Source: Podarcis liolepis
Lineage: Eukaryota
Length of the DNA: 64,000 nt
Assembly (NCBI GenBank): GCA_965112155.1
Contig: OZ218100.1
Strand: one strand, 5' to 3'
Within the stretch, counting starts at the first letter, position 1; each line of letters opens with the position of its first letter. Below, piece by piece: positions 48,448 to 59,189 of this stretch. The position numbers and the translations under genes are program-made. The notes beneath the pieces are model-generated. The model was not told where the DNA came from. It searched no databases and saw only the letters and a program-made list of their open reading frames with translations.

Positions 48448-50352
48448 AAATAGGTCTCCCACTTAGTTGGAATATCACCCGCAATTTCTAAATCTAAATG
48501 CAGTAAGTAACCTGGGCTGCATTCCTAATGTTGCATGATTATATAGCAAACTGCAAAAAAAGAACAGTGGTATTTTTGCTGCCTTCAGATGACATTTGGG
48601 TTTCTTGTGGAAGTTCGTCCTTTCTACCCTTGTATTGTCCCATACCACCTAACAGAAATACCTGGAAATATCTGTGCCAAATTAAAGCACACATATGCTT
48701 ACATCACCATGGTCAATTTTTAGTAGCATTTTTCTGTCGCGGCCATCAAGGAGGGGAGATCTGTATTATCCCCCAGGCAGGCAGTATTTGGCCTTCAGCC
48801 CACATGATATTCTCTTTGCTCTTAGCTCTCCCAAGCACAAACCTTACATCTGTGCTTCCACGCCCCCACCCCAAGCACTTGTTAAGTTTATGTGAACTTA
48901 CCTAAGACCGTAGTCACTACCTCACTGCCCTGCCTGATTTTCATTGCCTCTTAGTTGCTCATTACTGAGACCGTATCCCTTTATTGCCCTGAATTAAGAG
49001 ATTTTTCAACTTTATTATTTGCCTTGTTAAAAGAGCACTACCTTTGCAAAGTCCAAACTGCTAAAAAAGAAACAGCAATGCCCTCAACATTTAGATATCA
49101 GGTAAGGGGGTTCTTAACCACATGTAGGATGACTCAAGATGAGAGGCACTTGCGAGACTGAGTCAATGTCTCCTGCTGTTGCACACAATGGTCACAGAAC
49201 ATGCTCCTACACAATAAGAGTTCTGTATGCTAAAGAAGTATGGAGGGAAATACAAAAACATTTTATAATGGGGGGGGGGAAACCATTGCCTTTTGCCACA
49301 GTGAGCCAACTATATGTACTAGTTCTTATCGTATTATGCCTGCTATATACCTGCTATATCTAAGTACAAGTCCCTCCTTTATTAAGAGCATGAACATGAC
49401 ATTGTTGCCCTTGGAGCTCATCAAGCACATCCTCAGCAGGATGCGCTTGAGGAACTCTTATGGGCACCTACATTCATTACACTGAAAATGATCAGGAACA
49501 TTTCATGCGGCAAGGTAGATAATGCTGACATGATACAGGACTGTCTTTGCTGTCCTTCCTAATCAGAGGTCAAAGTCTAAAGATAATGAACAGAAAATGC
49601 AATCGTTCTCAGCCTTCCAGAAAAAATTAAAGCTGTATTAAACTACTGCCAGGGATAAAATAACTTACAGGGAAGGTGACAGATGCTACATGCAGAATTA
49701 TCTTGAGCCCCACCCCCACCCCGAAATAAGTACCTAGGACTCTAGGCTCTTAACCCAAAATTTTGTTTTGGGCAAGAGGAAGAGTATCGTTGTTAACAGA
49801 AAATACGCATGCAGACTAGTAGCAACTTAAAGAAAGATCAGCTTGCTGTTCAAAACTGTTCCAATAAGCATTCTGGGTGTTAGGAGAAAAAATGTTTTGT
49901 TGCAAGTTTGTGACAGTGCAATAAAGCAAAGGATCCAGACAGAGGTTTCTGCCTGTAGCTGGCTCTGAATGTCCACAATAGTTGGTGGAGCTGAGGGCTC
50001 AACAAGATTTTAGCTGGATAAACATTACAGCACACAAATCTACTACCTGAATCAAGTTACCTAAACAAAAGCTTTAAGCTCTGCAATGATTTTATTGCAT
50101 GAAAGGGGCCCCTACTTTTCTCAGGAAGACCAAAGAAAATTAGCAGACTCGGGATTCAAAAGTTTACAACAACAAAAAGTGCAGGTGCTCAGCAGTTTCC
50201 TTTAAAGAAACTGCTTCTACACCCTCCAAAGTATGGCAACGTAAAAATGCTATGCAATTCAATAAATTAAAGCACATTACTTAAAATTTGTGCAACATGA
50301 TTTAGCTTTTCTGCAAAATATCTAAACAGATTTAAAAGCCACGTTTACTTAC

Positions 50353-50410
50353 TCTTTTTCTTGAAAAATTTGATTAACGATTTGAGCTTTGTATTGATAA
50401 ACACCACCAT
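50353..50410 (-). CDS. NHSL1: NHSL1 alternative first coding exon (58 nt): MVVFINTKLKSLIKFFKKK(T)
   Basis: ATG at 50410-50408; AGA|GTAAGT phase-1 donor; matches the recalled mammalian isoform N-terminus MVVFINAKIKSLIKLFKKKT. The eight exons sum to 4818 nt (1606 codons including stop). Confidence 0.93.
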
Positions 50411-50900
50411 TTCAGAAAAGCCTGCTGTGTTCCTGCAGTTTGGATCCCATAGAAAGCAAGGGTACAATGCAAGAAACTAATTTCCAGAGCTTCCCCAACA
50501 GTCCTTGCAACCCTTACTAACTTTTTGCCTCCTGCTTCCACCCCTCCCCCCTTTTGTTTCTTCTTTAAGAGCAAGCTCAGAGTTGCAGGGAACGTCCTAG
50601 CGATTAGAAACCATTAACAGTCCTTGAACCTGAAAGCTTCCTTCTGAAACATAATGCGGGTGTCTGCAACAGCCAGTTACAACATAGAGAGCGTGGGGGG
50701 GGGGAGCCAATCTTTGTTCATGTTTGCATGGAAGCAAGATGGAGATTTCTGCTTCAGCATTCATTCATTCATGCGTGCATGTCTCCCTCTCTGTCCCCTC
50801 CCCCTAGCAAATCATCAACAGTTTCCCCCTCCCTTTCCTACCACGCCAGGTTGTACTCCACAAAGAAAGATGAGTAATGTTAAGTGATTTCCCTTGCCAT
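50411..50900 (-). promoter_or_regulatory. NHSL1: Probable 5'UTR and internal promoter of the MVVF isoform of NHSL1
   Basis: Directly upstream of the first coding exon; no recognisable repeats; some retained CpGs and G/C runs. The TSS cannot be located from sequence. Confidence 0.45.
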
Positions 50901-51229
50901 TATTCTGAAAGAATCTTCAAAATCCTCCACAGGACACAATATGAAGTGGATGCTTTCATGGCTATGCTTTGTATAACCCTCTCCGATGAATATACAGAAT
51001 TTAACTTGCCTGGGACAGTGAGACTTTCAACTATTGCTTTCCAAACCTGCCCCCCTCTTTCCCAACATTTATGCTTAGCAAGCTCTTAAGGATTGCGTTT
51101 TAATTGTTCCCAACATGCAGGGACGGGGGTTTCCTTCACATCACCTTGCTTTCGAGTCATACATCTCCCCCCCCCCTTTCCCACCATTAACCACAAATTT
51201 GGTGGCAAAGAAGAAGGGTAACACGCACC

Positions 51230-51232
<3 letters not shown>

Positions 51233-51282
<50 letters not shown>

Positions 51283-51284
51283 TC
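51233..51284. repeat. (TTTC)n microsatellite
   Basis: Direct reading. Confidence 0.95.
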
Positions 51285-52300
51285 ACATGCTTTGTTAAAG
51301 CTAACTTAAAGGAAGCTACAAAAAAGTACTTTAATTACTAAGCCTATATGGCTTAACACGTTACCTAGACATGTAAGTAAAAAAAAAAATCTCTTTCACG
51401 GGCTAGGCAAAGAGCCTTTGTAATGAAAACATCTATCTCCTTCCATTAGAAATGATTTACAATATTTGGAGAGAAAAATGCTAAGTACAGCATCAATGTG
51501 CTCAGCAGGGCATGCCTGCAACAGAATGCTGAGGCTCAAGAAGTCAGTCTGCCCTTTCAAAGGAAGGCTAAGCAATGTCTTGGCTTGACATTGAAAGGAA
51601 TTCTCACTTCTCCAAAGAAACCCCAACAGCAGGGGCCTGCCTGCCCAGTCTTTTCCAAAGGAGGCCACATAGGTTCAGATCTATGGAGTAGCACATGCAG
51701 AAGGAGGTGCTCTTGGGAAACATTCCCAGCCTCAGTGGATTTTTCAAAAATCACTGGTACACAGAACAAAAAATAAATGCACAAACCTTTTCTACAAGAG
51801 GACATCTAGGAGAAATAAAAATAGTTCTGTTTGACAATGTTGTGTGTTCTGAAGGGTCTGAAAATTGAACAAAGTTTTGGCATTTAATGTCACAAACTAC
51901 TTTTAGCATAAATTAATGGGAAGTTAGCTTCAGGAAGTGCACTCCTCAAAACCCACTGACTACCAAAGAGTATAAAAATGCTAAGGCTGCAGTTATATAC
52001 CTACTAACTGAGAAGACTCAATGGGGACTTCCATCTGAATAGACATGTATAGAAGTCAAACAATATAAAAGCACACAGATTCATTGGCCCCTGTCACTAG
52101 CCTATGCAGCATAAAAAAACGGGAACTTCATGCAGGTCTGGATATGTTTTTACCTTAAAGAAATGTAACATTCCATTAACTCAAAGACACGTATGAAAAC
52201 ATACAAAACAAACAGGATTATAATATTATTAAACAGTAAATAATGGGTTCTAGTTAAACTTTGACAATCCACCACCTTATCAGTCAAAATAATGATAAAA

Positions 52301-52303
<3 letters not shown>

Positions 52304-52350
<47 letters not shown>
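52304..52350. repeat. (TA)n microsatellite
   Basis: Direct reading. Confidence 0.95.
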
Positions 52351-52353
<3 letters not shown>

Positions 52354-53992
52354 CTGTATTTGTCTTTCCTCATTTATACGGAAGATTACCATCTAATCTT
52401 TGGCATGCAACTCCCTCTATGCTGAAGGAATACTTCATGAATAGTTTTCTCTGTACTGGTTTCAGAAGCACTATCATGAAGCAAGAAGACTAATATTTGC
52501 GTTAAATGAGGCTGAATCGCCTATGCGCCTTGTTTGCTAAATCACAGGTAGAAGATTAAGAAGCTAAAATCAGAAGTGGTACACTTAAGCCACATTGTTC
52601 TAACAATGTACTCTGAAGGAATGGACTTAGACCAGAGTTCAAATCCTTGACTTCTTAGCTGTAGGAACACACTTGTTGAGTGGGGGGCAATTCATCTCTG
52701 TGTGCAATTTTCATTATCAACAGGCATAATAGCAACCTTTCTTACACGCTGCTTTGTAAAATGAATGCAATAAGGCCACAAAGTTTTTTTGTTTTTGTTT
52801 TACAATATTTGCTAGAGAGAAAAGTATGTGACCCAGCACTAGATCGGATTATGTGCATAGCTGAGCAAATGGTCAGGAGGAAGAAGATCCTCCTGTCCGC
52901 AACTCTCTATCCTGCTATTGAGAAAACAGCAACCCAGTAAGATAAATAATTCCAAGATGGTGCTGTGGGGGAGAAACCCTTGAAAGGGGCCAAAGGGTTT
53001 GGGGAATGTGAATGAAACACACTGAATCTTTGAAGGTATGATCACCATAATACTCTCTTATCAGTAAAATTACCCATTTGAGATGAGATGTTAGAACAGA
53101 CTGTTTCTATTCAGGTGTACAGATATTGTCATTACCAAAACTTATTTCAGCTGTTAATTACAAATTCAATGCTGCTGGTTTAAAGGATTTGTACATGTTA
53201 CATAGAACTGCTTGATATTTCAGGAGAGGCATAAGTGGTCAGTTTTATGTGGTGTGCCTGCAGCATGCATTCCACCCATCCCCCCAGCCCATTGTATTGC
53301 CCTCTTTGAATATATGTTTCCAGTTGACCTGGTCCATGACAATCAGAATCACATTAAAGGATTTTGGCCATGAAACAACTGGAAACATCCTTCCGCCCTC
53401 CTCAAATTAAGCTACAAAGACTCCTTAGGAATCGTTCTTGCACTATGTAAAGAATTTGAAAACTTTTATACTATCTATTGCTGCTGTTCAAAACATGATT
53501 CCAAATATGGTTTAAAATGTAACATGAATGACATTTTAGAATGCAATTTTACAGGAAGAGTTCAAGGGTGAAGACATTGACCGAATGTTCCTGAGTTATC
53601 TATTCATCACTAATCAACCAGTCTAGCCCCAGTGATTCTGAAATTAAATTCTATTAACGGAACTGCTGGATTCAACCTTTTCTAAATTTCATGGAAGGCT
53701 GTTCCAAGGTTTAGTCAATGCTTTATCAAAATAGATACATACTATAATACATACTATGAAGTCAAGAAAGTTGCATAACTGGCCAATCCCAAAACACCAG
53801 TGGTGGAAATCTCAGAAAATCTATGCTCCCAAATCCATTGGGGGGGGGGAATAAGGAGGTGTGTTCAAACATTAGAAGTCTAAAGGAAAAAGTCCTCCCC
53901 ACGCCAAAAAAGAAGACACTGATAACAGACAGACATCTGTGCTTTTTCAGTGTGTCTGGCAAATGGAAAAACAGATCTACAAATTAAGGCTG

Positions 53993-54125
53993 AGAGCCAG
54001 TGTAGTGAAGTGTAGGAAGGTCACACAAGTGAAATCAGCACTCAACCATGAGGTCTGCTAGGTGACCTTGGGCCAGTCACTATTTCACAGACTAACCTAC
54101 CTCACATGTTTCTGATGAAGATACA
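53993..54125 (+). mobile_element. Degenerate MIR-derived SINE (Squam3-like)
   Basis: GAGCCAGTGTAGTG head; GGTGACCTTGGGCCAGTCAC...CTAACCTACCTCACA core. Confidence 0.7.
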
Positions 54126-55399
54126 ATCAGAACTATTTGCAGCACCATGACCTCCTAAATAAAAAAATCACATGTATACTTATCTGAGAGTCAGACTCAG
54201 TGAACTTACAGGGGCTTTCGATTTTGCTATATATTTTAAAGATTTTATGCTGCATGTACATAAAAACGATTAGGTCGTTGAAAGGCTCTTTACAAAGCAA
54301 AAGCATTTGCCAGGTTGAGCAAGAAGCCATATGAGGGACTAAAAACAGGCACATTTCACTTGGCATAGGTGTATTTATGTCCATAGATTCCCTAAACACA
54401 TGGAATGATACAGCAAAAGAAAACTATTTAAGGGTATGATCCTAGGAAACACTGAACCCCTTCTCACATGCGGGAGGTTGCCAACTTTTAGTACTTTCAA
54501 GAGCTCTCTTTCAAAGTCTTTAGAAATTACACTTCCTTCCATTAGTTCTGTGGCAAGAACCTAAAAAAAGGGTACAAAAAAGTCATCCAGCCTTGCACAC
54601 TTACGCTCAGATTCAATTAACTCAATCAACCTGCTTCGCTGGGATATTGCCATCAAATGGTTCTTCTACAAGAAGGAATGATAAATAATTTATAAATTAT
54701 GAGGCATTCTTCTCTCCTTTCAAACCAGCCAGGCTCAGCCATCCCCTGGCATTTTCCTCGAGAACAAAAGTGACTTCCCACCACAAAGACAGTCCCGAGA
54801 GGCAATGAATTCAGCTGCCCTCCCATCTTGAACTCAGCTCACTCACAATGGTCTCTTTCAACTCTGCAATCTCAGCCTTCCAAATCTTGATACTTCTCTG
54901 GTTACTAAGAAGTGATAATTAAACTAAGGATCCAGAAAGGAATAAGAAAAAAGTCCTATTTTACTCTTAACAGCTGTAAAGGAAAGGAAAAGACCTGTGT
55001 ACCACTTAATCCAAAGCGAGAATTATGCATAAAGTGGGGCTTTACAAAGATTATTAAGTAGGTAACGGCAGCTCCCTCATTATCCATGCACACAGGAGAC
55101 TAGAAGACTCCAGGAAGGAGGTTGGGAACTGAGGAGCAGAAAGGATATGGTGAAGAAACAATGAAGCATTAAAAAAAATAAAAAGGGAAAACAGAGCTTA
55201 TTATGACAATCTTGTTTAGACCACAACATAATAAATATTGATTAGCTCTTTCCCTATTTTCTAATTCATTATATCTCTACCATTAAGAGCTACCCCCACA
55301 AGCACCACCAGAACAAGGAACAGGGTTTTGTGGAGTTCAGATGCTAATAAGGACCTCAGTTTTGCATTTGACCAAGCCAAGCCTTTGGGATAGGAAATG

Positions 55400-55430
55400 G
55401 AACAAACAAACAAACAAACAAACAAACAAA
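55400..55430. repeat. (CAAA)n microsatellite
   Basis: Direct reading. Confidence 0.9.
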
Positions 55431-55989
55431 CCCTTGTCCCATCCACCACTGAGCCATGCAGAAAAAACAAATGCATTTTGGCTCAAATGTGGAAATAATT
55501 TAGTTGTCATAAACTTTAAATCTGCCCTACATTCAGTAAAAGTTAGCTTATCAAACATACAGAGTATCTTGCATAAATTCCAAGCCTTCATAGCAACTTT
55601 GTAAGTTTCATGACCAGTTCACATCACCAACAAATCAAATCTCCCTATCTAATTTGGAATCAGATTAATTTGAAGAATATCTGTTGGATGTTCAAATTAA
55701 TCCAGTTTTAAATTGTGCGAAGTCTGAATCAGCACAGAGCTCTCTCTGTTGGGAACCTGTGCCACTTGCCAAGCGCCTTTGCTTGCCATGACCATCCTCT
55801 CTGAGATTCCTTCATCTTTTCCCATACTTATCAGAGTGTCAGGGTTTGTATTCATAGTAGTCTTCAGGTTGTAACTGCTACTTCAAGCATAGCCGACAGT
55901 ATCCAGGGTAACCCTACTGTTTGGGGAGGCCTTTGGAACTTTAATTTTTCTCACCACCCAGTTTATTAAAGCTTTTAATTAAGTTATTA

Positions 55990-56235
55990 CAGTGGTACCT
56001 CACGTTACATACGCTCCAGGTTACATACGTTTCAGGTTACAGACTCCGCTAACCCAGAAATAGTACCTCAGGCTAAGAACTTTGCTTCAGGATGAGAACA
56101 AAAATTGTGCTCCAGCGGCGCAGCGGCAGTAGGAGGCCCCATTAGCTAAAGTGGTGCTTCAGGTTAAGAACAGTTTCAGGTTAAGTACGAACCTCCGGAA
56201 CGAATTAAGTACTTACTTAACCCGAGGTACCACTA
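55990..56235. mobile_element. Tc1/mariner (Tigger-like) MITE
   Basis: TIR CAGTGGTACCTC ... GAGGTACCACTA; TA TSD; interior closely similar to 47544-47768. Confidence 0.9.
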
Positions 56236-57914
56236 TATTATAGTTTTGTGCAACGAAGCTGTCTTAGTTCCACAGTCAGCTGAAATCCTGATTAAAAACA
56301 GGTCAAGAAATGAGGTTATCCAATAATGCCTAGAATTGTTCAGCAACCATATTCCCAATTTGTTTTCCTAAGAAGGAACATAGGTTGAGATTGTCTACTA
56401 GGAAAGTTTAAGAGTTCAATCCCTGCCTCCTTAACTGCGGGATGGACATTTTCCTACTCATGATACCATTACTTGTGTCCCCCTGAATTTGGACACATTT
56501 TCTCCATTGGCTTAATTAGTTGGAACACGTTTGTGCTTACTCCCAATAGCAATGTCAGGATTCATAGAGCAAAACAACTGAAACTGGTCAAAGTAGCTGA
56601 TCCAAAAGCCAATAGTATCTTTAGGCTGGATTGTGGTCACCTAGCAAGTCAGATTTAGCAAGGGTTTTCTGTAGTGCTAAAAGTTCTTTTGCCTAGGGCA
56701 GAGTAGGGGAAACCTGCAGCCTTCCAGTATAGCCAAACATCCTCCACCCATTTTAGGCCTTTTATTAGAACTTTTAGATTTTTTTCAGATTTTATGTTGA
56801 CTTTGCTGCACTTTCAGTTTCAGTAGCTGCTTTTTATTTTAGAATATGTAAACTGTTCTACAAGCCTTCAATCTAAAGATCGGGTTATCAAATTATGGTA
56901 ATTAAATTTTCAAAATGTGAAAGGTTATGCAAATGAATGTGGATTTTGTATCTCATTGGATTCTGATCATGACAGAAGGGGATATAAATAATAAATTACT
57001 ATTTTATAGTGGCCAAATTTAGTATGAATAACTGTTACAGGGTATTTGCATTTCAACTGAATGAAACAATTCCGTTTCCATGGCGTAACCATGCATTCAA
57101 ATTAATATTCATGACTGTAAGTTTGCCATGATCTTGAGTACTGTATTAACTTAAAAAAGAAAACCCAACATATTTACAAAGTGAAACTACTGGAAATCCA
57201 GTTTTGCTTCATGCAAATATCTTGCCAAGCAATGATGAGTGCCTTTTTACAAATAATCTGAAGGACAAGTGAGCTAAAATACAGCAGGTGATAGCACATT
57301 GTGCATGCAAAGTAGTTTCACAGTGGTTCCACTTTCATGTCAATAGGACAAATAACTGCACGAATCAGCAATTATTAGAAAAGAATTTGGGTTTATGTGT
57401 ACTTTTCTCATACAAAAATAGATTTTAATTAAATGCTATTCAAAGTAGCCACTTAATTAATAAGTCTAGTTTGAACAGAAAACATCTGAGTCAGCAGCGC
57501 ATGGAAAAGCCAGCTATGTTACTAAGAAATCTACTGTAAGGTCAAAGGGAGAAATGACCTTAGAAGAAGAAAATTTGATTACAGTATAAAGAAGTCAATA
57601 AAACAATCAATACAAATGAATTACTAACTCCCTTAGGTAAAATTAACCAGTAACAGCCCAGAATTGTGGGCTTCCTGTAACTGATGTGTGAAAAGCTAGT
57701 GCTCCTTTACCTTATTCACAGCATCAGAGTGAATAGCATTCTAAAGAACAAAGACATAAGTTTTCCAATTACAAAATGAACTCACTGGGTGAGCCCTATT
57801 GCAAGTTACTGTCTCCCTAACACTATCCAGGCATTCTCCTGCTCATATAATCAGAATCACAGGTGGAAAAAGCAGAGGTGGCTAAATAGCTCCACCACTA
57901 TCCATCACATATAT

Positions 57915-58050
57915 CAGGCTTCCTCAAACTCGGCCCTCCAGATGTTTTGGGAATACAACTCCCATCATCCCTAGCTAACAGGACCAGTGGTCAGGAGTGA
58001 TGGGAATTGTAGTCTCAAAACATCTGGAGGGCTGAGTTTGCCTATGCCTG
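57915..58050. mobile_element. Palindromic hAT MITE, same family as 29267-29401
   Basis: Long inverted arms; perfect 8-bp TSD ACATATAT at 57907-57914 and 58051-58058. Confidence 0.92.
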
Positions 58051-58459
58051 ACATATATGCTGCCTTCCCATGTACTGAAGGGTATCAGGGAGCCTGCTGC
58101 TTCTGTGGAGGCTTCCCAAACAGATTAAAACACTGCTGAGAGACCAGCTCCCATCAGATGCTTCCTTCAACTCTCATCTAGAACAGCCATTCAATCAGGC
58201 TATAATGGAAGGAAAGGCAGGAGTTCAAGGCCTCTCCATTGGACCAGAAACTTCTGGCTCATCTTCATCTTGAAGTCTTTTTATTCCAGCAGGTCAACAT
58301 TACAAGAGCTTAGCAACTAAAAACTTACACCCAAATTGGTTCTTCTGTAATTCCTAACACAGCTTTTATGCTCATATATCCTCATTTTATCTCACTGCCA
58401 TTACCACAAACATGGTATTGCAGGGGCACTGAGACACATATTTGATTCCTTTAGTGGTA

Positions 58460-59189
58460 CAGTAAGCCTGCAACTTACGTGAGGGCTACGTTCCAGGGAT
58501 CACGCCTAATGCCAAAATTGTATATAATCAAAAGAACATTGGGGGAAATGGTGGGTGGAATTGCTAAAGACTTTCCCCCTAGATACCCACTCCCTTTCTG
58601 TCCCCTTTCTATTTTATTTTTTTAAAAATTGCCAAGCACGTAAAGCTGAATGAGCACAAGTTAAATGCATGTAAGTTACAGGCTTACATCTTAAAAAGCA
58701 GACACATCACCTTGCCAACAAAGGTCCGTATAGTTAAAGCTATGGTTTTCCCAGTATGGAAGTGAGAGCTGGACCATAAAGAAGGCTGATCGCCGAAGAA
58801 TTGATGCTTTTGAATTATGGTGCTGGAGGAGACTCTTGAGAGTCGCATGGACTGCAAGAAGATCAAACGTATCCATTCTTAAGGAAATCAGCCCTGAGTA
58901 CTCACTGGAGGACAGATTCTGAAGCTGAGACTCCAATACTTTGGCCACCTCATGAGAAGAGAAGACTCCCTGGAAAAGACCCTGATGTTGGGAAAGATGA
59001 AGGGCACAAGAAGAAGGGGACAACAGAGGACGAGATGGTTGGATAGTGTTCTTGAAGCTACCAGCATGAGTTTGACTAAACTGCGGGAGGCAGTGGAAGA
59101 CAGAAGTGCCTGGCGTGCTCTGGTCCATGGGTCATGAAGAGTCGGACACGACTAAACGACTAAATAACAACAAAGTTACAGGCTTACTG
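58460..59189. mobile_element. Tc1/mariner-type MITE interrupted in its right TIR by BovB
   Basis: TA|CAGTAAGCCTGCAACTTAC at left; AAGTTACAGGCTTACTG|TA at right. Confidence 0.8.
58688..59172 (+). mobile_element. 5'-truncated BovB (RTE clade) LINE
   Basis: RTE C-terminal motifs (IDAFELWCWRRLLR, YFGHLMRREDSLEKTLMLGK..RRRGQQRTRWLD); 3' end GAGTCGGACACGACT plus (CAA)n tail; perfect 15-bp TSD AAGTTACAGGCTTAC at 58673-58687 and 59173-59187. Confidence 0.95.

Noticed and set aside
58952-59137. ORFs in BovB and CR1 (42831-43025) as active genes
   Set aside because: 5'-truncated, frameshifted fragments lacking the endonuclease and RT core.
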